Part shown: positions 32,322 to 43,509 of the stretch, in pieces
Position numbering within the stretch: position 1 is the first letter of the stretch
Layout: the number at the start of each line of letters is the position of its first letter
NCBI GenBank assembly: GCA_918797485.1
Contig: CAKKNE010000005.1
Span: 3,472,001-3,536,000, forward strand
From: Pelagomonas calceolata
Lineage: Eukaryota
Reading direction: 5' to 3'
DNA length: 64,000 nt
The notes under the pieces: generated by a model
Told to the model about the DNA's origin: nothing
What the model saw: the letters and a program-made list of their open reading frames with translations, nothing else
Databases searched by the model: none
Position numbers and translations under genes: made by a program

Positions 32322-33084
32322 ATCTTTTAAACGACACTCTGTGTGATTACTGTTTGGGGGTGTTGGGGGTCTGCGGACGGGGTCGCGGCGACGGCGTGGG
32401 GCTCGCGATGGCGTCGCCTGGCTCAGTTGAATTTGTAGCCGCGGCGGCGCGGAGCGCGGTGATGAGGCTCAGGCTGCCACCGCGGGCGGTAGCGCCGAAG
32501 ACGGTCCTAGCCACGTCCCCCACCAAGGGAGCCTGCTTTTCTCCTGACGCTTCCGAGGGGCTCGAACCCGCACGGAGTTATCGGCTCGCTATCAAGGATC
32601 GACTGCAGCATCGAATTGTTTTAGCCTGAGTCTGCACAAAATCGTTCAACCGGCGCTGGAGAAGACGTTTCACGGTCCATACATATACCCACGCAACGGC
32701 TGATGCGAAGAGCCGCTCGAAATCCGTGCGCGCGCGGCCGTAAACGCTGGATGTCTGTCATGGAACCCAGCTAGCTCCCTGCCGCATATGGCCCCTTTTG
32801 CGCTGAGCGAGGGTCGGCCCATGCCTCAGCGCCGGCGCCGGCGCCCGCGCTGGCCGTCGCTGAGGCCGCGGGCGTCTGTCCAGGGCTTTTGGCCCTGCGT
32901 CGGCGTTCTTCCCGACTCGGGGCCGCGGCTAGGCGTCGGCCCCGGCGCCGGCGCGGGCGTTGGGCTCAGGTGACGGCCAGGCATCTGCGCCGTCGACGGG
33001 CATCGCGGCACGCGTATACACACGACGCCCAAGCCGAAACGCCGAGCGCCGCCTAACCCGTCTCAACGCAGGTGTAGCGAAACG

Positions 33085-33690
33085 ATGCAGGGCCTCACGC
33101 TGGCTCTCGCGCTGACGGGCGCCTCGGCGCTCGTCGCGCCGGCGGCGCCGCGGGCAGCGACCGCGCTCAAGGCCGCCGACGAGGTGTTCGACTACTCGTC
33201 CATCGCGGGCGGCGAGTCCGGGTTGGGCGGCCGCTACGACTTCGACCCCATGAACTTCGCGGGCCGCTACCCGGGCATGGTCCCGTGGTTCCGCGAGGCC
33301 GAGCTCAAGCACGGCCGCATGTGCATGCTCGCGTCGATCGGCATGGTCGTGCCCGCGTTCGTGCGCGTGCCGGGCGAGCAGTTCCAGGGCTCCTACACGG
33401 GCTGGGAGGCGCACGACCGGCTCGTCGCGTCCGGCGCGATGGGCCAGATCCTCCTCTTCGTCGGCCTCTTCGAGACGCTCGCGGGCATCCCGGCCTGCGT
33501 CGCGACGATGAACGGCGACCGCGAGCCCGGGGACTTCGAGTTCGGCGGCATCTTCAAGCCCACGGACCCGGTCCAGCTGCGCCGCAAGCAGAACGCCGAG
33601 CTGAAGAACGGCCGCCTCGCGATGCTCGCCTTCTCGGGCCAGGTCACGCAGGCCGTCCTCACGGGCCACGACGCGCCGTTCCTCTACTAG
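33085..33690 (+). CDS. light-harvesting complex protein
   Basis: FDPM, WFREAELKHGRMCMLA, AELKNGRLAMLAFSG. Confidence 0.93.
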   Translation: MQGLTLALALTGASALVAPAAPRAATALKAADEVFDYSSIAGGESGLGGRYDFDPMNFAGRYPGMVPWFREAELKHGRMCMLASIGMVVPAFVRVPGEQFQGSYTGWEAHDRLVASGAMGQILLFVGLFETLAGIPACVATMNGDREPGDFEFGGIFKPTDPVQLRRKQNAELKNGRLAMLAFSGQVTQAVLTGHDAPFLY

Positions 33691-33851
33691 ATCCTGGATG
33701 TTGGGTCTGAATTTCTTATGGCCGGCGGGCCGCGTTTCCCCCCGTGCGTGGGGATCTGGTGTTTAAGGACTGGATAGTCTACTGCTTCTTCTTGTTCGGG
33801 ACATGGGCCGTCCCTCGAGACGCCGCGTCGACGGCGTATTGCGCAAACGCT

Positions 33852-33907
33852 GCTCAGGCTCAGGCTAGTTACGTCGCGGGGTCCCCCGTACCCCTCCCGC
33901 TCCCCCC
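33852..33907. repeat. 55-bp dispersed repeat, copy 2
   Basis: near-identical to 19137-19191. Confidence 0.85.
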
Positions 33908-34148
33908 GGGCCCACCCGTCCGGCTGGACTAGGACGCAAGGCTTGCTAGTGTCTTACACGCCGCTAGTTGGCTTCCAAGTACTTAAGTGGCAGAGCAAAA
34001 GCAGTCGCATAACTGCACTGGTGACGGCCAAAATTTGAAGAGCGACGGTTTCAGTCAACGCACTGCAACGTGCGAGCAGCTCGCGCAATCCTGTGCGACA
34101 AAGCTCTGAGAGACACCACCAGACAAGAGAGCACTGACAAGCAATTGA

Positions 34149-35162
34149 ATGCGCGACGCTACAAGGGACGCGGAAGGATCACCACAACCACCGCCGAGAA
34201 GTAAGATGATCCGCCGCCGCGGCCTCCTAGCAATATGCCTCCTCGTGGCAGGAGCCGCGGCGTTCCGACGCCGCCGCTTCCAGCCGAACTGGTCCTTCCG
34301 GCGGTCGGCGGACTGGGTCATCGCGCGCACGCCAACGCGCTACGGCGACGCGCTGCGCACTATCCGCAAATGCATGGACTGCGACGCCCTCGAGGTCTCG
34401 CTGCAGAACCATAGTTTCGTGCTCACGAACGCCACCCTGTCGCTCGACGACGAAGAAGCGCTCCGGGTCGAGCGCCTGGAGGTCGTCGTCGAGAGCTACT
34501 CTCCTCTTATAGTGTCGGTGTCGCTTGGCACGGTGCAAGTAAGCGTGAATGCGCACGACCTGCTCCTGCGCGACACGAACTGGCACCGGCTGAGCGAGCT
34601 CGAGGAAGCATTCACGCAACTCTCGCCCTCCTCGTCGGCGTCGTCCTCCTCCTCGTCGTCGCTCTCGGGCGTGCGGCGCCTCGACTTCTCCGGGGTAGCT
34701 ATGCTGCAGTTGACGCCGAACGAACTGCTGGGCGGCGCGGACAGTCGCGTCTCGGCGGTTCTTGACTGGTCGCACGACCTGGCGCCAATCTCGCGGCGCA
34801 TCGAGAAACGAGCGGAGAAGGAGGGCTCCGTGAGCCTCATCGACGTGTTCACCATGATCAGGACCGACCTGGTGCTGGCCGCGGGCGGCCTGGTCTTAGC
34901 GCGGGTGCTCGACGCGCAGGACGGCGAACGGACGTCGAAATCTGCCATCCGCGTGGCGGGCGTCGAGGTCGATCTTTTGCGGCCGAAGGCTACCTTGGAC
35001 GGGTTGGGCGACCGCTTCACCAGGTACGTCGAGCGCAAGGCGGCCGAGACGCTGGGCCTCGACCAGGCCGAGCTCGCGGCGGCGGCAGCGGCGCTGAGGC
35101 GTCGCGGCGACGCCGTGGATGATGGCGATGAGCCGCCAGGCGGTTCGCGCTCGGAGTTGTAG
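34149..35162 (+). CDS. hypothetical protein with N-terminal hydrophobic segment
   Basis: 337-aa ORF with coding-like codon use. Confidence 0.6.
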   Translation: MRDATRDAEGSPQPPPRSKMIRRRGLLAICLLVAGAAAFRRRRFQPNWSFRRSADWVIARTPTRYGDALRTIRKCMDCDALEVSLQNHSFVLTNATLSLDDEEALRVERLEVVVESYSPLIVSVSLGTVQVSVNAHDLLLRDTNWHRLSELEEAFTQLSPSSSASSSSSSSLSGVRRLDFSGVAMLQLTPNELLGGADSRVSAVLDWSHDLAPISRRIEKRAEKEGSVSLIDVFTMIRTDLVLAAGGLVLARVLDAQDGERTSKSAIRVAGVEVDLLRPKATLDGLGDRFTRYVERKAAETLGLDQAELAAAAAALRRRGDAVDDGDEPPGGSRSEL

Positions 35163-35426
35163 TTTGTTAAGACTGTTTTCATACGACTAACCCAATTTCT
35201 AGTGTGTTACACGACGCTAACACCGCCTGCTCTCGAGTATTATTGCTCGGAGTAGCGCATCACAGGCACCCAAATCACATAGGAAGCGCTGTGTACAACG
35301 TTTACAAAAGCAGCTATAAAACAGCGCATCTCTACAGCACGCCGAACGCTCGCCCTGCTGATCAAGACAGCTAGGCCACAAGACAGAAAAACGCCGCCGG
35401 CCACCAGCTAGGCCACAAGCAGTACC

Positions 35427-37737
35427 ATGCAAGACGTCGAAGAATCCTTCCAGGAAGCCTGCGCCCAATTCCGGACGGCCCCGGATTTGTTTAGGGATGA
35501 GGACCGGCTCCACTTGTATGCGCTTTATAAACAAGCAACCGCGGGCAAGGCCCCGGGCTACAACGCGAAGACGCCGCGACGCGCGTTATTACGAGGCGCG
35601 GAGCTCGCCGCGTGGCGCTCCCTCCAGGACATGCCGAGTCCGGAAGCCAAGCGTGCGTATGCCAAGATCGTGGCGGACAACCGCAAGAACCGCGAAACCA
35701 AGGAGCCGCAGACGCCGCGGACGCGTTCAAAGACGGCCGCTGCGGCCTGGCGCGCGGACCGCGACTTATTAGATGCGTCGCTCGACGGCATGGACCCGAA
35801 GACCTTACTGGCGCATGCTCGCAAGTTGAGGGACCGCGTCCAAACTTTGAGTGTCGGCCATGTGATGAGAGGAGGCGAACTCATAAGACACCGCGAGACG
35901 CTGACGGGCCACGACTGGGCGTCGCGGTATTTCGAGGTCGTACCTGGTTTTCTAAGGTGCTACAAGTCGCGCACGGCGCGCGAATTGCGGCTGGAGGTAC
36001 CGCTATCACCTTCCGTAAAGGTTGTGGCCGACGACGTCTTCGACCGGAAAGAAAGAAAAAGGGCGCCGACGCCGTTCTTACTGAAATTATTTCTGGACAA
36101 GGCGACGATGGGCGCGTCGTCGCGCGTCACGGAAATTACATTAGCCGCTCCTTCCAAGCGAGATCGCGACGACTGGTTACAATGCGTGAGCGCGTCGATC
36201 GAGTTGAACGCGTCTCCCCTGGCCATGCCAGCTCCACCAGTAGTGAAGAAGAAGAAGCGGTCCTCTACTGAATTACTTGCCAGGACCGTGCACCGGCGCG
36301 CGCGGCCGTCATTGTTGTCTTCCGACTCCTCGGAAGCCCAATCTTATGGAGGCTTCGTGAACCTGATCGCGGTCGTCGCCGTCGTCTCGAACTCGCGCGC
36401 GCTGCTGCAGGAGTGGCACCGCATTCCTCTTGTAAGATCGATCCGGGCGCACTTCGCCGAAGAAGCACCGGTGCTGACGAAGCGGGGCCGGCCCGTGCCG
36501 CCTCTACCTGTCGCTGATAGTGTGGTGCCCTACGAGCTCGGCCTGTCATTTATTGCTTTATGTCTGTGCGTCGTCCTCGCGGTGTTAGTAGAAAGGCGCG
36601 CGGCGCGCGCGCCGGGCCGCGCCGCTTCTTTTCATTTGTTGCGCGCCCTCGTCGTATTCTCGACGCTGGCCGTGCCGCTGGCGCTGTCTTGCTCCGGCGT
36701 CCTCACCGTCTCGCGTCGATGGCGCGGCCACACCACCCTCATCACCACGCAGGTGCAGCGCCGCGCCCCCGCGGCCCGTGTCCCACGCCATCACGCTGTT
36801 GGGCGCCTGCACGGCCATGATGAAGCTATTATCTTATGCGCACACGAATGCGGAGCTGCGAAGGAAGTACATCACAACCGGTGCCCAAACGAAACTGAGA
36901 CGCATCCAATCAAGCAACGACGACCTCGACGCCGTGGCGGGCGAAGGGGAAATCGCCCAGCCCAACGCCTACCCCGCGAACCTGCGCTTGGGCGACGCGA
37001 TGCGGTTCATGGCGTTTCCGACACTCATATACCAGACGCGGTATCCCCGCACGAGACGTATTCGTTCAGCTTGGTTGCTGAAGCGGTGCGGCGAATTGTT
37101 CTTGGTCGTGTCTGCCATGTTGTTGATCACGACGCAGTTCGTGCATCCCACGGTCCAAAGATCATACGAGTCGATCAACAACAAGGACGCCTGGTCCTTT
37201 GTCGAGCGACTCCTAGCTTTAGCGATACCGTCGTTGTTCGTCTGGGTGCTCATGTTCGTGGCGCTGTTTGAATTATGGTTGTCTATCTTGGCAGAGTTGA
37301 CAAGGTTCGGCGACCGGCAGTTCTATAAAGACTGGTGGAACGCGCAGAAGTTCGATGAATATTGGCGCTTGTGGAACCTGCCGGTGCACAACTGGCTCGT
37401 GCGGCACGTCTTCTTTCCCTGCCTGAATTTGGGGCTGAACAAGATGGCGGCTACTTTGGTTGTGTTCTTCGTTTCGGCAGCTCTCCATGAAGTCTTGGTC
37501 TCGGGGCCGTGCCACGTCGCGCGGTTGTACGCCTTCGCGGGCATGATGGGCCAGGTGCCGTTGATAGCTCTGACGAACGCTCTACATGGGAGATTGCCCT
37601 CGAATCGCCTGGGCAACGTGCTCTTCTGGGTCGTTTTTTGCGTGGTCGGCCAGCCGATGGCGCTGATGCTCTACTTCCACGACACGGTGCAGTCGTCTTC
37701 AGCTGGTGCGAAGGGGTCCTTCGGGGGGGAGCTCTGA
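35427..37737 (+). CDS. DGAT1: acyl-CoA:diacylglycerol acyltransferase 1 with N-terminal ACBP and PH domains; one intron ending at 36752, donor uncertain (about 36686)
   Basis: LHLYALYKQATAG (ACBP); W..RYF..RDDWL (PH); PSLLSSD, KLLSYAHTN, PTLIYQ..YPRT, FGDRQFYKDWWN, YWRLWNLPVH, SAALHE. Confidence 0.9.
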
Positions 37738-37880
37738 TGTGACCTGTGGACCTGCGTGTCCTCCGTCCTCGATTCGTAAATCTGATTTTATATTTTTCTG
37801 CGTGGGCCCCGGCACTGGCACAGGTGTAAAGAGACTATTTTTTTAGGCGCCCCCACCGCGCCGCCGTCAATTTCCCACAT

Positions 37881-38591
37881 CTAGTTCATGCCGCCGAACA
37901 CGCCCGTGCCCGTCACGAAGGAGCCGTGGATCATGCCGCCGATGGCGATCATCGCGAGCCGGCCGTGCTGTAACTCGCGCATCTTCATCCGCTCCTCGTT
38001 CGCCGGGCTCATCAGGCCCATGGGGTCCCAGCCGAAGTCGCCCGGCGCCCGGCTCGTGCCGTCGAACATGGTCATCATCGTGACCTTGCCCCCATTAAGA
38101 CTCCTGTGCGTAAATCAACCAGTGATTCGGGTGCTCGCCATCGAGCTGGCGTCGCGTCGATGGCGTGGACGTCATTTCTGCACTGGTTTCCACCATTCCA
38201 TAACGCCGCAGAAGAGCACGACCTGCGCCCACGCCTCCGGCGGCACGGCCAGCGCCGCCTTGATGGGGTTGCTGTGCGAGTACGCGTCGCCCGGGAAGGC
38301 CTGGGCGAACCAGGGCATCTCGGGGTAGGTGTAGCCGATCGTCGCGAGCATCGCGACGCGGCCGTGCTTGATCTCGGCCTCGCGCATCCACTTGATGTCC
38401 ATGATCTCGGCGAAGCCGACCGGGTCGAAGCCCGCCTCCTCGCCGATGTAGCCCTTGAGGCCCTTCGGCGCCGTGAGGAAGGGCAGCGCCTTCGACATCT
38501 CGGCGTTGAGGACCGTGGCGGTCCTCGCCGGCGCGGCCGGCGCCACCAGGCCGGCGACCGGCGCGGCCAAGAGGCACACCGCGAGCTTCAT
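37881..38591 (-). CDS. light-harvesting complex protein (Lhcr-like); intron 38193-38104
   Basis: SKALPFL, GFDPVGF, WMREAEIKHGRVAMLA, ELQHGRLAM. Confidence 0.92.
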
Positions 38592-39256
38592 GGCTCTAGC
38601 GACCTGTGTGGGAATCGCGCGCGTTGGGCTTTCGTCCGGTTTCGGCGGCGTTCTCCGATGTCGTGTGATTTCTCTCGTTCGCGGCCGCGGCGCGCCATCC
38701 AGCCGACTCGCAGCAGCCGGCGGGTGCGCGACATGCGTGCGGAGCCTCGGACCAGCCGCTCGGCCCCGCCGCGGCCGCATTTGCTCCCGCCAGCTGCTTG
38801 CGGCATTTTGGCCCAAACGCGGCCGCGACGGCGTCTATTCGAGCAGCCACTGCGTGTCCCACTGCTCACGAACATGGGTGTTGCCGACGACGCGTGATTA
38901 CGATAGATAGATGACGCCGTGAGCCTGCAGGAGCCAAATTACCCCAAATCCCTGAGGCTGGCTCGGCGTCCGGGGTCGATGCCACTAGAGCGCGTCGTTC
39001 AGCGTGAAGAGTACAGCCGTACCCGATAGAGGCCGAACCTGAGGGCTAGAGCGAGCTTTGCGTTTTTGAGCACGGGTTTTTGTTCGAATGAATGGTCGGC
39101 ACAATTTCAGCCATTTAGGGTCATTGGAGCCGCGAGCCGTCTTCTGTAATCTCTTACTGCCCACACGGGTCGACTCCTTACGCGTTGAGCGGCTGGCGCC
39201 GGCTGAAAGCCTGAAACTCCTGGTGGTCGGGTCGTCATTGTGCCGACGCGTCAATC

Positions 39257-39751
39257 ATGGACGCCCACCAAATAGCCCAGAACCGCCGCCGCGCCCAAGC
39301 GCTCGCGGAACGCGCGAGCGAAATGCGATCAAACCTAGAAAAAATGCGCTCGCGCATGAGCGAATCGGGCGTCGAGTACGTCGTCTGCTCCCCCGAGGAG
39401 GCGCTGGCCATGGTGCGCGATGACGCGTCGTCGTCGTCGAGTACGTCGAGCCGCGTGTCGGACGCGTGCAACGCGCCCGAGCTGCCGACGATCCGCGCTT
39501 CGGCCGCGCACGTCGCTCGTGCCATCGATGTGGGTGGGTGCATGGAGGTCATCGCGATCGGGCTGAGGACGGGGACGATCGAGATCCACTTTCCAGACAG
39601 GCCGGAGCCACCGGACAGGCTGGACGTCGAGGACGGCTTCTGCGACGCCAACGCGGCCGCCCACCAGGTCGGGACGCCTCGCGTACCGCACAAGGCGCCC
39701 CCACCACCCTACGCGGGCGCGGGGCTCGGCGGTCTAGGTCTCCCAGTGTAA
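39257..39751 (+). CDS. hypothetical protein
   Basis: 164-aa ATG ORF filling the gap between genes. Confidence 0.5.
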   Translation: MDAHQIAQNRRRAQALAERASEMRSNLEKMRSRMSESGVEYVVCSPEEALAMVRDDASSSSSTSSRVSDACNAPELPTIRASAAHVARAIDVGGCMEVIAIGLRTGTIEIHFPDRPEPPDRLDVEDGFCDANAAAHQVGTPRVPHKAPPPPYAGAGLGGLGLPV

Positions 39752-39766
39752 ATATAGTCTGTGTTC

Positions 39767-41251
39767 TTACCGCGACGCGAGCGCGACCTCCGGCGACACG
39801 GTCCCCGGAGCCCTTCTAAAAGGGCCCGCGTTGGCGGCCGCCTCGACGGCGCGCCGCGCGCTATCGTCCATGCCGCCCGACCGCTCCGCGACGGCGCACA
39901 CGAAATCGTGCTTGATCCTCTTGGCTTCGATCGCGTCGTCGGGCGGTGGGCCGCTCACCAAAAACTCGTACACGCCCGCATGTGATAATAACCGGACGAG
40001 CGCGTCCGGGCTCGACCGCACGGCCGCGGTGCAACAGGCCCACGCCGCGAAGCGCACGTCGTCGTCGCCGTCCCGGATGGCCTTGGCCAGGGCCGCGTCC
40101 GCGCCCCGCTTGACGAGCTCGGCCCAGACGCGCGGGCTCATGGCTTGCGTTAATGATTTCAAGCGTGCGGCTTGACAACGTTTCGGGGCTGGAGGCGGCG
40201 CGAGCCACGCGTCTACTAATGTCGTATTTGACAAGACGGCGTCGGCGGCGTCGGCGCTGCTCTCGAGCCAGCCGCCCAGCGCCACGCACGCACACACGTA
40301 GTCCTCGGCGCCGTCGGCGTCGCCGCCGCGCTCCAAGCGCGCAAAGGCCAGGTCAAAAAACCGCGCGACGCAGCCGTCTTGGGCCGCGCGCGCGAATGAA
40401 TCGGTGTCGGCCGCCGCGAGCACTCGAGAAGCCGCGCGCAGGGCCTGCTGGTCGCAGCCGTAGCCGTCGTCCTGTTCCGCGACGTGGATGAGCTTCGCGA
40501 GGTAGCCGTCGGTGCAGAGCAATTCGACCGCGCGCCGCGAGCGGCTCAGGCCCTGCAGGAGCTCGAGGGCCGCCAGTCGCAACAGAGGGTCCTCGGCGGC
40601 GCCGACGCACGCGATGCGACACGTCGACGCTATTAACCGCCGGTCCCACGCCGCGTCGCCGCAGGCCACGGCCACGCCGCAGGCGACGTCGCACGCCCGG
40701 ACGAGCTCCAGGCTGCCCCGCGCCGCCCGAGTCGCCTCGTCGACCGCCGCGATCGCCTCGTCGACGAAGCCCGCCTTTGCGACGGCCCGCGCCGCGTTCG
40801 CCGCGGATTCGGCGACGCCCGCGTCGTCGTCGACGGCCGCCTTGCCGACAGACGGTGCCGCTGCCGCGCAGAATTGAACTGTGGTGCCGGCCTTGGCCAG
40901 GGCCTCGACGGTCGCGCAGGTCTCCTTGCGCACCGCCGGCGCGCCGTGCGCGAAGCCCCGGAATAATAGAGTGTGCTCCTTGCTGATGAGTTGCGCGCCG
41001 CTCTTGGTAGCCGAGACGGCTCGAAGGGCGTCGCGGGCGCAGCGCGGCCCGTCGACGGCCCACAGCGCCGCGCGCAGCAATAGCTTGGCCGGCGGGCACG
41101 TCTCGCCGAGAAAGGTCGCTACACTTGCGTTGCGCTTCGTGGCGTCCCTCGGTAAGGCGTCGAGGAAGCTGCGCAGCGTCTGCTCGTCGTCCTCCTCGCT
41201 GCCGAGCAGGGCTAGCTCCGCGTCCTCATCCGTCTCCATCATCGCGGCCAT
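39767..41251 (-). CDS. ARM/HEAT protein, PSMD5/Hsm3 proteasome assembly chaperone-like
   Basis: helical repeats; EDPLLRLAALELL..L; C-terminal K..K..F..GPF. Confidence 0.6.
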   Translation of the reverse strand: MAAMMETDEDAELALLGSEEDDEQTLRSFLDALPRDATKRNASVATFLGETCPPAKLLLRAALWAVDGPRCARDALRAVSATKSGAQLISKEHTLLFRGFAHGAPAVRKETCATVEALAKAGTTVQFCAAAAPSVGKAAVDDDAGVAESAANAARAVAKAGFVDEAIAAVDEATRAARGSLELVRACDVACGVAVACGDAAWDRRLIASTCRIACVGAAEDPLLRLAALELLQGLSRSRRAVELLCTDGYLAKLIHVAEQDDGYGCDQQALRAASRVLAAADTDSFARAAQDGCVARFFDLAFARLERGGDADGAEDYVCACVALGGWLESSADAADAVLSNTTLVDAWLAPPPAPKRCQAARLKSLTQAMSPRVWAELVKRGADAALAKAIRDGDDDVRFAAWACCTAAVRSSPDALVRLLSHAGVYEFLVSGPPPDDAIEAKRIKHDFVCAVAERSGGMDDSARRAVEAAANAGPFRRAPGTVSPEVALASR

Positions 41252-41447
41252 GACGCAGCGGTGGCTGTCTTTGGTGTGTAGATCTGCTCGAGGCTTCTGT
41301 TCGACAAATGATGGCGCAGCAGTGGCGTCTAGCCTGTGGAAGACGCGCGACTCTCAAGCTAGAGGTCGATAGACACACTAGCCCTCAAGCGATATGCGCG
41401 CACTCGGCCGAACAGGTATATAAAAACAGTAATTATGTGTGCACACA

Positions 41448-42308
41448 TCAACATTTCTTGTATTTGCCGGTCCCGAGAGCGATCAGGTCGTCCAAGATGA
41501 GTCCGAGGAACGACGTGTACATGACGCCCGCCGCACCGTCCAGGAAGTGGTCGTAGAAGTCCTCCCGCCAGCGCCGCCGCGCCTTCGCCGGCGCGAGCGA
41601 GTAGGGCGGCGGCGGCGGCGCGATGCTCGACTGAGTCGACTCCGTCGACGCGTGCTTCGACGCCGTCGACACGTCGGCAGCGTCGGGCGGGCCGCCACAT
41701 TCGATGTCGGGCAGCACGCGCGCGGATCGGACCGAGTGCTTGAGCGCGGTGAGCTCCTCTTGCAGCGCGTGCTCGTGGTCCAGATGTTTGTTTCTCGAGC
41801 GAATCAAATGAATTGAGCACAGGGCCGCGATCGCCACCGTCTCCATTAGCTCGAATATTCTATGCTTCGTAATGTAGAAGGCTAGCACCGCCAGATACGT
41901 GACGACCTCGCCGCTCGCCGAGAGCCACGGCGAACACGTAAATAGGTGTATGAGCATCATGTCAAAATACACAATAAAGCTATGTATGACGTACGTCGTC
42001 CCCGAGTACCAGTCGAGCAAAAGCCGCACCACCAGCACAATAGCCGAGCTCGCGGACCCGCAGAGGCAGAGGCGGACGCGTTGCTGCGACCAGCCATAGC
42101 ACGAACACGGCACCGTATGGACGATTTCGTCCTCGTCGTAAGCGCGCACCGACTCGTCCGCGGACTCGAGCGATGCGACCTTTTCACCTGGCGCGGCGGT
42201 GGCCGCGTTTCGCAGGCACGGCGAGCTCGCGGCACTGTCAATCTCACTGGTGGAACTCAGCGCGTCCTGTCCTGTCCCTCCGGCGGACTTTTGGGTCTCT
42301 GTCGGCAT
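41448..42308 (-). CDS. multi-TM hypothetical protein
   Basis: 4-5 hydrophobic segments. Confidence 0.65.
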   Translation of the reverse strand: MPTETQKSAGGTGQDALSSTSEIDSAASSPCLRNAATAAPGEKVASLESADESVRAYDEDEIVHTVPCSCYGWSQQRVRLCLCGSASSAIVLVVRLLLDWYSGTTYVIHSFIVYFDMMLIHLFTCSPWLSASGEVVTYLAVLAFYITKHRIFELMETVAIAALCSIHLIRSRNKHLDHEHALQEELTALKHSVRSARVLPDIECGGPPDAADVSTASKHASTESTQSSIAPPPPPYSLAPAKARRRWREDFYDHFLDGAAGVMYTSFLGLILDDLIALGTGKYKKC

Positions 42309-42734
42309 GCCAGCGCCTGTGAGCGTCCTGAAACTCCTCTGACTGGAGGTGAATTGTATGTCTTTATTGATCGACGCCAGTGCACGAGCGAGCCAAATAT
42401 TGGTCAATACGTTCGAAACGTACCCAGGGAGTCACTTCCGAGCGCGCGTCTGGCCAGGTGCCACAAAACCGCAAGCTCGAAAACCCGTGCGCAAATCGGC
42501 TGCATTGGCTGCAGCACCAAAACAACCAGCCGCTAGAGCTCAGCACTCACGCACGGAGCAGTACGTAGCAGCCAGCTCGCGCTGTGGAAGTACCGCGACA
42601 GATAACTACGCCGACGCCCGCGTTCAGCTGACGCAGCTCGCCCAGCCTCAGAGAGCGCAGGAGCCCAAAGCCGCCAGGAGCCAAACCAAAGCGACCGTGC
42701 ACGCCAGGCCGCACCACTCACTAGCACAAGCACA

Positions 42735-43505
42735 ATGGCAGCAGCCCTCAAGGCCAGCGAGCCCGAGTGCATCCCGCGCGCAGCGTTCGACATCAGTGCG
42801 ATACCCGGCTTGGCAGAACGCCTGGAACCCGCGCGCACCACCACAGAAGCCATACAGACTAACAAACGGAAGGACGGCCGCGGCCTCGACGCGTGGCGTG
42901 CGGCGCACGTCACTACAAATGGAGACGCGGCGACGGCTACAAATGGCGGGTCGCGCGCGACGGCCCGCGCGCGCATCGCGGCGCCGGAGAAGGACGAGCC
43001 GCGCCTGAGCTTCGAGGTGCGGCGCGGCGCGCTGAACGCCGACGACCGCTGGTGTAGAAGGGTAGCACAACTCCTCGAGGACTGCTGGGCGGACGGCGCG
43101 GCGCTGGACCGCGGCGTTCTGGACGACGGCGTCGCGCGGAAGGTCGAGGTTTTGGTGACGTGCGAGTCGGACGACGGCGGCGTCGAGGACTGCGCGTTGC
43201 TGGCGGCGTCCACGGCGATCGCCTCCCTCGAAAACACGCCCCTCGTGCTGCATGCGGCACCGCTCACATGTGCCGTGACGGAGGACGGCGCCGTGCTGGC
43301 GGATCCTTCGATCGACGAGGCGAGCGGGTGCGCGCGCGTCACCGTCGTCGTCGGCGTCGACCGCGCCAACGGAGTGGCTTCGGACGCGCCGCTGCTGAAG
43401 GTGGCCGTGGCCGGCGCCATGCCCGCGGCTGCTTTGGAAAAGTGCATTGCACTCGCGTCGAAACGCGCGGCGACGATCCAGTGGCCGCACGCGATGGCCG
43501 ACTAA
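42735..43505 (+). CDS. RNase PH-family exosome subunit-like
   Basis: RKDGRGLD.WR, DDGGVEDC...A..ASL, LADPS.DE. Confidence 0.7.
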   Translation: MAAALKASEPECIPRAAFDISAIPGLAERLEPARTTTEAIQTNKRKDGRGLDAWRAAHVTTNGDAATATNGGSRATARARIAAPEKDEPRLSFEVRRGALNADDRWCRRVAQLLEDCWADGAALDRGVLDDGVARKVEVLVTCESDDGGVEDCALLAASTAIASLENTPLVLHAAPLTCAVTEDGAVLADPSIDEASGCARVTVVVGVDRANGVASDAPLLKVAVAGAMPAAALEKCIALASKRAATIQWPHAMAD

Positions 43506-43509
43506 CTAT

